Of a stretch of 64,000 nt of DNA, positions 52,535-64,000 are shown one piece after another. The translations under genes and the position numbers were made by a program. The notes under the pieces are model-generated. The model made no database searches, was not told the DNA's origin, and was given only the letters and a program-made list of their open reading frames with translations. Source of the stretch: Mobula hypostoma (taxonomy: Eukaryota); NCBI RefSeq assembly GCF_963921235.1, contig NC_086108.1, positions 39,186,001-39,250,000 of the forward strand, given 5' to 3'. The stretch's first letter is position 1. Each line of letters starts with the position of its first letter.

Positions 52535-54995
52535 TGATAGTGTTATGTAACATGAAAAGAGGCACTTCAGTCCAACTCATCCATGTCAAATCCCTCTAAA
52601 CATTCCTATCCGTGAACCCATCCAAATGGTTTAAACATTGCATTTGTACCTGCCTGTATCACTTCCTCTGGCAACTTGTTCCATATATTCAGTTAAGTCG
52701 CCATAAAATCTGTCCTCTCTCACTTAAACCTTGTTTTCTGGTTTTAGACACTACTTGGGAAAAAGACAATAATCATCCACCTTAGGTATGCCTCCTATGA
52801 TTTTATAAACTTCTTTCATTCTCCTTTGCTCCAGGAAAAAGTCCCAGCTTATCCAATCTCTCCTTACGATTCAAGTCCACCCATCCTGGCAGCACTCTTG
52901 TGAATCGTTTCTATACCCGCTCTTTCTTAATCACATTATTCCTGTAGTCTGGCAAACAGAACTGCACACGATACTCCAAGTATGGCTATGCCAATATTTT
53001 GTACAACTTAACATGATGCCCTAGCTCCTGTACTCAAAGTTTCAGCTGATAAAGACAACCAACAATGTGCCTCCTGTCACTTACCTGTGTCTCTGTCACT
53101 TTGAAGGAACTATGTATGTATTTGTACATCTAGGTCTCTCTGTTCCCAACACTACCCAGGGCTCTGTCATTCACAGTCAATGTCTTGGCCCAGCTTATCT
53201 TCCAAAGATGTATCAGTTCATACTTGTTAAATTCCATCAGCTATTCCCTCACCTATTTTCCCAGTTGATCCAGATCCTGTTATAACCTTAGACCAGGGGT
53301 CCCCAGCCTTTTTTGCATTGCGGACCAGTTTCATATTGACAATATTCTTGCGGACCGGCCGACCCGGGGGGGGGGGGGCGGGGTAGGGTTGCCAACGGAC
53401 AAGAGTAGCAGTCAAATACGTTGTTTACCCTGAGAAAGACTACAATGACCATGAAGCCTTGCGCGGGCACCAGTGCACATGTGTGTACGTGCCGAACTTC
53501 AAATCGTTTCTGGCGATTCTGTTCGGGGGGGGCGTTAATCACGACCGGGATATAGGTGATACGTGGCTAATACACTCAATTTTGTTTCTAAAAGGGTTTA
53601 TCTGACGAATTTAATATTAAACACACACCGCATATCTTCCTCGCGTGAATATAGTGATAAGTCAATTATCGGGGAGGACAGGGGAGCTTGAAGTAAGTGT
53701 TGAACGAACTTCCAGTAGAAGTGGTAGAGGCAGGTTCGATATTATCATTTAAATAAAAATTGGATAGGTATATGCACAGGAAAGGAATGGAGGGTTATGT
53801 GCTGAGTGCAGGTCAGTGGGACTAGGTGAGAGTAGTGTTCGGCACGGACTAGAAGGGCCAAGATGGCCTGTTTCCGTGCTGTAATTGTTATATGGTTATA
53901 TTGGTCACTTACAAGTCAATAGCATCATAACATTTTAAGTAACGTTTGGATATTAAACACACAGCACATATTTTTCCCGTATGAACATACAAAATCATTG
54001 CAACACACCAATATCGCTGAATCAGTGGGAGCCCTGGGCTTGTTTTCCTGCAACAAAACAGTCCTATCGAGGGGTGACGGGAGACAGCGATACTCGAAGG
54101 GGGTTCCTTATGTCCAGTCTATTCCGCAATTTAGTTTTCATTGCATTCATTGCAGAGATACGTTGGAAATGGAAGCAACGTTTTCAGTGCTTCCGTGGCT
54201 ATCTCAGGATATTTACCCTTGACTTTGATCCAGAATGCCGTCATTTGCAAGCTCGAGGAGTTGATCTCCATCCCGCGCTGACATGGATGTCGCGCGGGTC
54301 ATGACCTCGCATGCGTAATGGCTCAACGGTGGGCGTGACAGGGAATGAGGAAAGGTGCAGCTGACTCCTATCGCCAAATCATATCGTTTCCTCGCGGCCC
54401 GGTAGCACATGCTTTGCGGCCCGGCACCGGTCCGCGGTCCGGTGGTTGGGGACCACTGCCTTAGACAACCTCCTTCACTGATCACTATGCTACCAATTTC
54501 AGTGTCATCTGACAATGTTTTCATGCAAATCATCAAGATACATGATGAACCATGAAGAATGCAGCATCAGTCTTTGTGTCACACTACTTGTCAACCTCCA
54601 TTCCAATTGTCTGCCTCCTTCCATCAAAGTAATTTTGCATTCACTTTACTATCACTTCATGTATTCCACTGAACTAGTCTTCCACGGGGACCTTGTCAAA
54701 GACCTTGCTAAAATCCATGCAGACAACATAAACTGCCCTACCCTCATCAATCCTCTTGGTCCTCTTCTCAAAAATCTCAATCAAATTTGGGAGCTATGTC
54801 CTCTCATGAACAAAAACTGATTATCTTGAATTAATTGCTGCTTTTTCAATTGCAAATCAATACAGCCCCCCACTTCCAAAATCCCCTTCAGTAATTTTCC
54901 CATGACTGTAGTAAAGCTCACCAGCCAGTATTTCCCTGGCATGGCCTTGCAGCCCTTCTTAAATAAAACTACATTAGCCAACCTCCAGCACCTCA
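52535..54995 (-). mobile_element. Old CR1 LINE split by the hAT insertion
   Basis: ORF 54781-54996 (WRLANVV.FKKG...PGKY..VS.T) and ORF 54213-54536 start (LSDDTEIG). CR1 3' motifs at 52540-53000. Confidence 0.8.
53294..54458 (-). mobile_element. Non-autonomous Charlie-type hAT transposon
   Basis: Perfect 8-bp TSD CCTTAGAC (53286-53293, 54459-54466). TIRs caggggtccccagcc / ggttggggaccactg. Minus-strand remnant at ~54022-54280: WIKVKGKYPEIATEALKTLLPFPTYLC/MKTKLRNRLDIRNPLRVSLS...KQAQGSH*. Confidence 0.95.
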
Positions 54996-55419
54996 CTTGT
55001 AACTATTACATCTTGCAGTTATCCACTAATGTATCACATCTTCAACAATTATGTTTGTTTATTAAAGCATGGCAAATAGAATTATGAAGACAGACACATT
55101 TGCAGTGTTTAGGTAAGCCAACATGTACAAGAAATATGAAGTAAATAGCAATGCTAGCTGAAAGAGAAATGTTAATCAACGCAAAAAAACTAGACAGTCT
55201 CTTGCAATAAAAACACCATATTTGATTCCAATGTATTTGCATAAACATGGGAATTTAGCTGTAACAAAATTGACCTTGGGTTCACTTATTCCATGTGAAG
55301 TAATTACAAAGTAGTTGCCAGAAGCAATGCTGATGGACTCCCAAGTGAAGGGAGGTGCAAGGTAAACATTATCTTTTCTATGATGTTTGTTTCATTTAAT
55401 TATAAAGAACAAGAATTTT

Positions 55420-55803
55420 CTCGTGATGAAGGGCTAATGTATGAGGAATGTTTGATGGTTCTGGGCCTGTACACTGGCGTTCAGAAGAATGAGAAGGTTT
55501 CTCATTGAATCGTACTAAATATTGAAAGGTCTAGATAAGAGTGGATGTGGAGAGGATGATTCGGGAGTCTAAGACCAGAGGGTACAGCCACAGAATACAA
55601 AGATGTCCTTCTAGAACAGAGATGAGGTGGCTATGGAGGCCAAATAATTCCACATATTTAAAGCGGAGGTTCTTGATTCACAAGGACATCAAAGGTTACG
55701 GGAAGAAAGCAGGAGAATGGGGTTGAGAGGGACATTAAATCAGGCTTGATCAAATGGCGGAGCAGGCTCAATGGGCTGAATGGCTTAAGACTGTTCCTAT
55801 GCC
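55420..55803 (+). mobile_element. CR1 LINE 3' fragment
   Basis: ORF 55541 (DVERM..ESKTRGYS). Tail aaatggcggagcaggctcaatgggctgaatggc. Confidence 0.8.
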
Positions 55804-57489
55804 TTAAGATAAACCCCAGTAAGATTGCGCTCTAATGTTGGATTCCACGTAGATTCTAGCAAGGGAGCCAAGTTACAGGTAAAGTGGGTCCCAAATGGGC
55901 AGGAGCCCAGTAATATTTGGGACTTCCTTGTACGTGAGTGGCTAAATACCTGGCAGTTCTTTGCAGAACAGCAGGCCGTAGCCAGAACTATTTCAGCCGA
56001 TGCTTCCAACGCTGTTTCGTATTCAACACCCAGCACTCCATATAAATGTAAAATGAGTCAAATCCAGATATATATATGTACTGAACTTGTTAAATTCTCT
56101 TCTTTATGAAACTTCAGTAATCCAAAATTATATCAAAATATTATTGTAAGCAATGCTTTTCTAACTGCCCTGTAGTTATTGGCATACAGTGAGTTCACAC
56201 CCAAGTTTCCAGCAAAATATCAAGACCCAAATTTTGCCAAGACTTTCACAGCAAGACAATCTGCATTCACCATTTCCACAGAGTAAATCCAACAGCACCC
56301 TCTCGAAGCCTACATGTGCACACCTGGAAGCTGCTACTAGGGATTCTCTGTTCCTCCACAGGTTGGGCTGTTAAGTTTGGCACAGAGTAACTGCAATGCA
56401 TCATCTCAACATACTGACTACTGAATTCTAGACAGACCATTATAAATGATTATTTCAATGATAGATACTTGCAAACAATCTTAGTCATATCAAATTTCTT
56501 TTCTTTGATATAGGATGTATATCAAGTCTCATTCCTTCAGTGAAGTTAGGTTGGAGGTTTTTAAAAATGAAAAACAGAAGGTATTCACATCTTTCTGTTA
56601 TCCCTAAATCCATCTTTATTTCACAACATCTTTCATACCTCAAATCTTCTAGTTTATGTTTCTGCCTTAGATTATTCATGCTTTAGGATGGTTTCTTCAA
56701 CATAATTGGTTTGCAAAGCCTTGCAGGATTATTTCCCCCTGCTGCTATATGCCATAAATCCCCATGAGTGCACAGTGCTGGATTAGTGTAAATCTTAGTT
56801 GGCAAAATCATGAGAAGCCTATGGACAACAGTGAATAGCAAGGACCATCACTTCTCACGAGGATCACTCGGGTAATCTAACACTTTTCCACATATCCATG
56901 GGCTCCCGTTCCTCTCAAAGATTTCTGTACTGTCGAGGAACCTTCATTTCTCCCAACAGATTGCCCACAGCTCCAATCACATTGAAACTTCTTTCTGTTC
57001 ACCATTTCAGAGATGCTTCTGAATGACTCGTGGTTCTATCATGTGACATTTAGGATACTAGATTAGATCAGCGGACCAAATTAAGTTAGCTGATCATGCA
57101 GGAATCTGGAGTAAACAGTCTTTGTCTAACAGCTTAAAGAAATGAGAAGGTAATGCACACAAATTTTAGCAACTTGACATCTTGAGTACACAGTTCTAGT
57201 TACTACAATGCAGGAAAGATGCCATTATGATAAAGAGAGGTAAAAAAAATCACAAAGGTTTTGCTTGGATGGAAGTATTTGAGTTATGAGAAGAGATAGG
57301 TTGGGTCTGTTTCCCTTGGAGCAAAGGAGGTGTATAGGTAGGGTAGATGGGCGTGCATGTTTCTCCCAGTGGTAGAGGTGTCTAAATACAGAGGGCATAG
57401 GATTAAAGGGAAAGGGAGAGGAATAAAGCAGATCTGAGGAGTGAATATTTCACATACAGCGTAATCTGTATCTGGAATTAGCCATCATA

Positions 57490-57556
57490 GCCTCTCAAAG
57501 TCCAACCCTACGTCCCCATTGTGAGAGGTGGAAATGGGTAAAGCCAGCCAATAAGT
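57490..57556 (+). ncRNA. HDV-like ribozyme fold (P2 decayed)
   Basis: P1 GCCUCUC/GAGAGGU with G1-U wobble; P3 ACG/UGU; L3 UCCCCAU; GG for P1.1; P4 UGG/CCA; J4/2 GCCAAU. Confidence 0.7.
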
Positions 57557-57718
57557 CTCCCGTTAAGCTGTATAGGCCAATCCCCTGGTCAGTGGATTCA
57601 ATGGATTGCAGAAGCGTTGATGAATTCCAACCATACCATCGACCTCAGAGGACAATAGAGACGGGAGGTCATCGATGGCCTATGCTCCACTGGGAGCAAA
57701 GGGCCCAAGTAAGTAAGT
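57490..57718 (+). mobile_element. Short RTE-derived retroposon (SIDE/SINE-like)
   Basis: 13-bp TSD attagccatcata (57477-57489) / attagccaccata (57719-57731). 3' end encodes VIDGLCSTGSKGPK* (RTE ORF end) followed by (TAAG)n. Confidence 0.8.
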
Positions 57719-58602
57719 ATTAGCCACCATAAAAGAGAACAACATGTAGACAATAAGCAGAATTAGGCTACTCAGTCCATCAAGTCTGCTCCACCATTCC
57801 ACCATAGTTGATATATTAAATCTCTCAACACAATTCTCCTGCCTTCTCCCCCTAACTAATCAAGAACCCGTGAAACTCTGCTTCAAATATATTCAATGAC
57901 TTGGCCTTCACAGTTGTCTGTGGAAATGGATTCCATAGATTCGTCATGCTTTGCTAAATAAATTCCTTCTCATCTCTGTTGTAAATTGGTATTGCTCTAT
58001 TCTTAGGCTATGCCCTCTGATCCTAGACTTCCCCAAGTAGGAAACATCCTCGCCACATCCACTATGTCTAGGCCTTCCAATATTCAGTAAGTTTCAATGA
58101 GATCACCCTTCATTCTTCTAAACTCCAGCGAGTACAGGCCCAGAGCCATCAAATGCTCCTCGTATGTTAACCTTATTCAAGTGACATCTGGATGGGTACT
58201 TGAATAAGCAAGACACAGAGGGATGTGGAATTAATGCAGGCAAATGGGACTGCCATGAATAGGCCCACCATATTGACATAGTGAGCCAAAGGGCCTGCTC
58301 CTATGCTATACAATACTACGATTCTATAATGTCAATATCTGCACCCTAGTTATTGTCTTCTTTGTTCAATGAAATAAGTTATTCCCGTTAATCCTATGTA
58401 GGCCTTACTCTTTCATGCAAATTTCCCCAATTGTGCTAAGTACTCTGACTGTGGCCTAATGAATGCTGTATAGTTCTGTCCAAGTTTCCCTGTTCTTGGT
58501 CAATATACCTCAGTCAATTCAGTATTTTGTAAAGTATCCTGTATTCCTTTTTTAACCACCTCATCTGCCTACGCTGTAACATTTAGACATCTTTGGACAT
58601 CC

Positions 58603-58895
58603 GAAGTTCAAAGTAAATTTATAATCGAAGTATGTATATGTCATCATATGCTACAGTGACATTCATTTTCTTGCAAGCATTCACAGTAAAACAAAGAAAT
58701 ACAGTAGAATCGATGTAAAAACTACACACAAAAATTGACGATCAGTGTGCAAAAGAAGACAAACTGCCAATACAAAAATCAATAACTAAACCTATAAATA
58801 AGTAAATACATAATAAGATAAATAAATAAATATTGCGAACATGAGGTGAAGAGTCCTTAAACGCAAGTCCATGGGTTGTGAAATCAGTTCAGAGA
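58603..58895 (-). mobile_element. Rex1-like family B 3' UTR fragment
   Basis: gaagttcaaagtaaatttataatc tail and gtgaagagtcctt motif. Confidence 0.7.
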
Positions 58896-59329
58896 TGACT
58901 CCAAAATACCTCTGTTCCTCTCCACTTCTTAGTATCCTGCTGTGCTCTAGATTGCCTTGTTGATCTGTCACAAATGCTTTACACTTGGCTGAATGAAAAT
59001 TCTTCTGTCATGATTATGTCTAACTAACCTATTGACACATTCCAGCAGCACAAAACCTCCTTCCCCATTTTCAACTATTGGCAATTTCACAACCTATGTG
59101 TGTGACCTATTACAGAGGAAGTTAAAAGTTACAACTCTCTATGAATCGCCCATTAAATGGCTGGACAGTGGATGGATAGAACGTACAGAGAATTGCAAGA
59201 CTGGATCAGGAATTAAAGCAACATTAGTGAACCTTATATCTGATTTGTCATCTCCAGTACTTTGATTCATCTGCTCTCCCAATATGCTCAACATGAGTGT
59301 CAGATTAAACCAGTAAGATTACTAATTTC

Positions 59330-59915
59330 ACATATTTCAATTCCACGTCCCATTCCCATTCTGATATGTCAATTCATGGCCTCCTCTACTGTCAAGATGA
59401 AGCCACACTCAGGTTGGAGGAACAACACCTTATATTCCATCTGGGTAGCCTCCAACCTGATGGCATGAACATTGACTTCTCTATCTTCCGTTAATGCCCC
59501 TCCTCCCCTTCTTACCCCATCCCTTATTTATTTATTCCCCCCCCCTTTCTTTCTCTCTCTGTCTCTCTCACTGTATCTTCCTCTAGTGCTCGCCTCCCCC
59601 TTTCTTTCTCCATAGGCCTCCTGTCCCATGATCCTCTCCCTTCTCTAGCCTTATATCCCTTTTGTCAAACAACTTTCCAGCTCTTAGCTCCACCCCTCCC
59701 CCTCTTGTCTTCTCCTATCATTTCGGATCTCCCCCTCCCCCTCCCCCTCCCACTTTCAAATTTCTTACTATCTCTTTTTTCAGTTAGTCCTGTCGAAGGT
59801 TCTCAGCCCGAAACATCGATTGTACCTCTTCCTATAGATGCTGCCTGGCCTGCTGCATTCACCAGTGTGTGTTGCTTCATTTCCCAGCATCTGCAGATTT
59901 CCTCGTGTTTGCGAG
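59330..59915 (+). mobile_element. PLE 3' fragment (GIY-YIG end and pLTR with decayed hammerhead at ~59786-59823)
   Basis: ggcctcctctactgtcaagatgaagccacactcaggttggaggaacaacaccttatattc (GLLYCQDEATLRLEEQHLIF); agtcctgtcgaaggttctcagcccgaaacatcgatt. Confidence 0.85.
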
Positions 59916-60839
59916 ATTAACTAAGTTACTTCTCCAAGCATGAAACAAGAGCACTGATCTTTAACTGTTTCTCTGAGACCTTTCTCAATCACTGTAATTG
60001 GTCTGCTCTTTGCTCTTGAAGATTATCTATAGGAGACAGTGCAGTAACAACAGATCTCCTGTCTTAAAATGTTGCTCAATATTGCTCACTGGTCAATGCT
60101 CATGAAAAAATGAAAGCTTTTTGTTATTATACCTGTCGCATCAATTTTAGATCTTCTGAAAGTGCATTACTTCTAATAATATAATTCCAACAATTCAAAA
60201 AAACTGCAGATGCCGGAAAGCTGAAATAAAAATAGAAATAGCGGTTAAGAAGCAGCAGTTCAAACAGCATCTGTGGAAAGAGAAAGAGTTAATATTTCAG
60301 GTCATGGATAGCATTTATTGCCAATCCCAACTCAGCCTGAAAACATGGATATGTCACTTGTGTCTGCCTCCTTGAAATGTTGTATCAATGAGTCAATATG
60401 GAGAAGATATTCCTACAGTTGGGCAAGATGCTCTCAGATTCTGATCGAGCAATAATGAAGTATTACTCCCAGTATCCAAGTTGGAATAGAGCCTCTCTTG
60501 GAGATAGCAGTGTTGCAACCTATCTGCTCCCTATGATACATTCCAGCTTGCATCCAGTAGAGATCCCTGTTTGTTGAAGCTGCTGTAGATGGCACAAACT
60601 GCAACTATGTGGAGAGAATAACTGCTTAAATTGGAGGATGGACTGTCAATTAAATAAAACATTCAGTCCTTTAGACTGGTTTCTCTGTTTCTGTCTTCTA
60701 TCCAGTACCCTGAAGGGTGAGGATTTATGAATATGTTCTTTGTCCATTAGCTGCTTAATAGCTCACTGCTCTTCAAAACATGATGAAGTATCACTGCCTA
60801 ATCTATTGTTAAAATTGATGAAAAATAAATATGTTTGGC

Positions 60840-61797
60840 GAGAGTGACTGCCCTTGATATCAGGGCAATAGTTGACTGACAGTAGCATCAAGGAGCTGTG
60901 GTAAAATAACATCTGCTGGAATCAGTGACTGCAGTCTGTACATTGCACAACAGAAGATAGTTTTCAATGTTGGCGGTCAATCATCTTGGCACCAGTGCAA
61001 GACCACAAGAGTACCACAGCAGTGTCCGAGTCACAACCAGCTAGTTCATTAATGAACTTCTATCTGAAGATCAGCAGTGGGGATACTCACTGATAATGCA
61101 ATACATTCAATTTCGTTTATAATACCTCAGTACATCCCACAATCCAAATTGCATTAGCATGACCAAGCAAACACTCAGATATGGGCTGTTCGATAACATA
61201 TAACATTAATCACACAGAAGTACAAGGCAATGATCAACAAGAGAGAGTCTAAATAATTATCCCCGACATCCAAAATTATTACCATGGCAGAGTACACCAC
61301 TATCAATGCCCTGGAGTTCATCACCAAAAATAAACTCAGACAAACCAATGGCATAGATGCTGCAGCTGCAAGAACAGGAATGGTATCCTGCAGCAAGTGA
61401 CTTAACTCCTGTCAGCCCAACATCTTTTCACCACCTCCAAGGCACAAGGCAAGAGATGGAATACTCTCCATTCACCTGGATATGTGTGGTTTGAGCAACT
61501 TTCAAGAATTTCAACACCATCGAAGACAAAACTCTCTCATCACCAGCAGGCACATGGAAACACCACCATCTGCAGTCCTTCTCCAAGTCGTACACCATCC
61601 ACAGTTAGAAATGTAATTCCAGTTCCCGTTGTTGCTATGACCAAATTGTACATCTCACTTCCCATTGGCACAATGGGAATACCTTCATCAGAAGGGTTAA
61701 AACGGCCATTCATCAACTCTTTCCCAACAACAAATAGAGTTGGGCTATAAATGCTGGCCTTGCTACAATAAGTTTCAGATCCTAAAAATGAATAAAG
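60840..61797 (+). mobile_element. Ancient LINE 3' portion (CR1/L2 group, family uncertain)
   Basis: gactgcccttgatatcaggg (ALDI), gatactcactgataat (decayed YADD) and 3' end taaatgctggccttgc...atgaataaa. Confidence 0.55.
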
Positions 61798-62009
61798 GTA
61801 TCAAATTTATAACCTTGATGTAGACTTCGACCTGAAATGTCGACAGCTCCTTTCACAGTAAGTTTCTCCAGCAGGTTGCTTGTCTATTGTCTCTGTATTG
61901 TGATTATGGATGCCTAAAACACTGAAATATAGCATTCAGTCACACCACATGAATTGGAGAGAAAATAAATCTTGTGCAGTAATTGTGACAAGAATACAAA
62001 TGAACTAGA

Positions 62010-62770
62010 CATAAACACAAAAGATTCCACAGATGCTGGAAACCTAAAGCAACACACAAAATTCTGGAGGAACTCAGCAGGTTAAGCAGCATCAAGGGAG
62101 GGGAATAAACAGTCAGCGTTTCAGAGCAAGACCCCTCACCAGGACTGGAAAGAAAGAAAGAAGCCCGAACAAGAAAGCAGGGGAGGGGAAGGAGTACAAA
62201 CTGGCAGGTGATTGGTGAAATAAAGTGAGGGGGAAGGTGACAAACACAAGAAAATCTGCAGATGCTGGAAATCCAAGGCAAAACACACAAAGTGCTGGAG
62301 GAATTTAGCAGGTCAGGCAGCATCTATGGAAATTAATAAACAATCAAGGGCCAAGATCCTCCATCAGGACCAGAAAAAACTATGAGAAGTCAGAGCAAGA
62401 AAGTGAGGGGAGGGGAGGAAAAAGCACAAGATGGCAGGTGATAGGGAAAGAGGGTGAAGTAAAGAGCTGGGAAGTTGATTGGTAAAAGAGATAAAGGACT
62501 GGAGAAGGAGGAATCTGAAAGAAGAGAGTAGAAGGTCATGGAAGAAAGAGAAGGAGGAAGAACACCAAAGCAAGGTGATGGGGTGTGTAAGGAGATAGGA
62601 GAGGGAAGAAACAGGAATAGGAATGGCAAAGGAGGGGGGAGGCAATTACTGGAGATTCGAAAAATTAATATTTATGCTATTAAGTTGGAGACTATCCAGA
62701 ATACAAGGTGTTTCTCCTCCAACCTGAGTGTGGCCTCATCGCAACAGTAGAGGAGGCCATAGACTGACAG
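62010..62770 (-). mobile_element. PLE fragment with partial tandem pLTRs
   Basis: Two direct copies (~62010-62240 and ~62240-62770) of gatgctggaaa...ctggaggaactcagcagg. Hammerhead remnants at 62110-62147 and ~62341-62373. GIY-YIG end at ~62660-62765. Confidence 0.8.
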
Positions 62771-63109
62771 GTATAGAACCTTTGGCATGCCAACTATCAT
62801 TTATCTGTAAATGATTGGACCCTCAACCTTAAAATTCATAAGTAGGGGAACTTTGGACAATTGGACAAAAATCATTGTCCTTCGAGACAGATGGATGCCA
62901 TCATCATTACATTCTTTCGAATCAACAGGACTGTTGACACACATGTGGACCACCGGGGTGAAACACTACAACAATAATTGAGGGGATTCTTGACCCAACC
63001 TGGCCCCTCCCTGCCCAGTAATGGAAAAACCCTATCCTGTGGTCCTTCCCCACTGAGGCCTTGTGGTGGATGCACCAAGATCCTATGTGCCCTTCAACAC
63101 ATACTTCTG

Positions 63110-64000
63110 CAAAGTTCAAAGTAAATTGGTTACCAAAGTACATGCAGTATATGTCACTACACTCAACGCTGAGATTCATTTACTTGCAGGCAATCATAGT
63201 AAATATAAGAAACACAATAGGATCAATGAAAGATGGCACCCAATAGAACAAACAAACAGCCAATGCATAAAAAACACAACTAACTATACAAACACAATAA
63301 GAAAGAGAAAGAAATAATAGTACATACATAATAAATAAGAAATAAATATCAAGATCATGTGGTGAAGAGTCCTTGAAACTGGGTGCATAGGTTGTGAGAA
63401 CAGTTCAGTGACAGGACAAATTAAGTTGAATGAAGTTATTCCCACTGGTTCAAGAGTAACTGTTCCTGAACCTGGTGGTGTGAGTCCTGATGCTCCTGTA
63501 CCTTCTTTCTGATGGAAGCAGCGAGAAGAGAACATGACCCATATGGTGAAGGTCCCTAATGATGGATGCTGCTTTCCTGTGACAGTGCTTGATGTAGATG
63601 TGTTCAGTGGTGCGGAGGGCATTACCCATGCTGGATTGGGCTGTATCCACTATGACTGTCAGCTTTTCCATTCAAGAACATGGTGTTTCCGTACCGGGCT
63701 GTGTTGCAACCTGTCACTCTCCACCCCACGTGTAAGAAAGTTTGTCGAAGTTTTAGTTGGCATGCAAAATCTTCACAAACTCCTAAGGAAGTAGAGGTGT
63801 TGCTGCAATTTCTTTGTAATGGCTCTTATGTGCTGGACCCAGGACAACTCCTCTGAAATGATAACACTGAGGAACTTAAATTGCTGATCCTCTCCGCCTC
63901 CGATTCCCAGTTGAGGACTGACTCATGGACTCTGGTTTCCTCCTCCTGAAGTCGATAATTATCTCCTTGGTCTTGCTGACATTGAGTGAGAGGTTGTTGT
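63110..64000 (-). mobile_element. Rex1-like family B LINE 3' portion, runs off the window
   Basis: ORF 63450-63671 (HCHRKAASIIRDLHHMGHVLFSLLPSERRYRS). caaagttcaaagtaaatt tail. Confidence 0.9.

Larger units (their letters stand above)
57185..58330 (+). mobile_element. Old CR1 3' fragment with nested insertions (RTE-derived element; minus-strand CR1 at ~57740-58175)
   Basis: cttgagtacacagttctag, atacagagggcatagg and tail agccaaagggcctgctcctatgcta. Confidence 0.7.

Noticed and set aside
62870..63090. Possible tiny RTE 3' end (cgagacagatggatgccatcatcat) and adjacent GC-richer stretch
   Set aside because: Too short and no TSD found, so the family call cannot be supported.
1..64000. Prokaryotic systems (operons, CRISPR arrays, rRNA/tRNA genes)
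   Set aside because: Low coding density and vertebrate retroposons throughout. No repeat-spacer array or structural RNA gene seen; tRNA-like boxes belong to SINE heads.

Overview
Eukaryotic, AT-rich, repeat-dense DNA, most likely intronic or intergenic sequence from a cartilaginous fish (ray or shark). That assignment is inferred from the mix of CR1 LINEs, HE1-type V-SINEs and abundant Penelope-like elements (PLEs). I cannot identify an intact host gene, and almost all listed ORFs are transposon remnants or antisense noise. Recognisable elements: two Rex1/Babar LINE families, many CR1 pieces, a decayed DD34E Tc1 and Tc1 deletion derivatives, an internally deleted Tigger/pogo with a long internal palindrome, a Charlie-type hAT with a perfect 8-bp target site duplication (TSD), 80-bp hAT MITEs, and an internally deleted Chapaev3. 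The most interesting signals are RNA structures. (1) A 229-bp element at 57490-57718, flanked by a TSD and ending in an RTE tail, starts exactly at G1 of an HDV-like ribozyme fold. (2) A tiny PLE at 39782-40029 carries an inverted pair of minimal hammerhead ribozymes. (3) A second PLE family has scattered hammerhead cores across the window. Also notable: a ~375-bp inverted duplication, an unexplained ~1.6-kb decayed coding-like block, and two candidate small minus-strand exons. All calls were made by eye; boundaries of old repeats are approximate.
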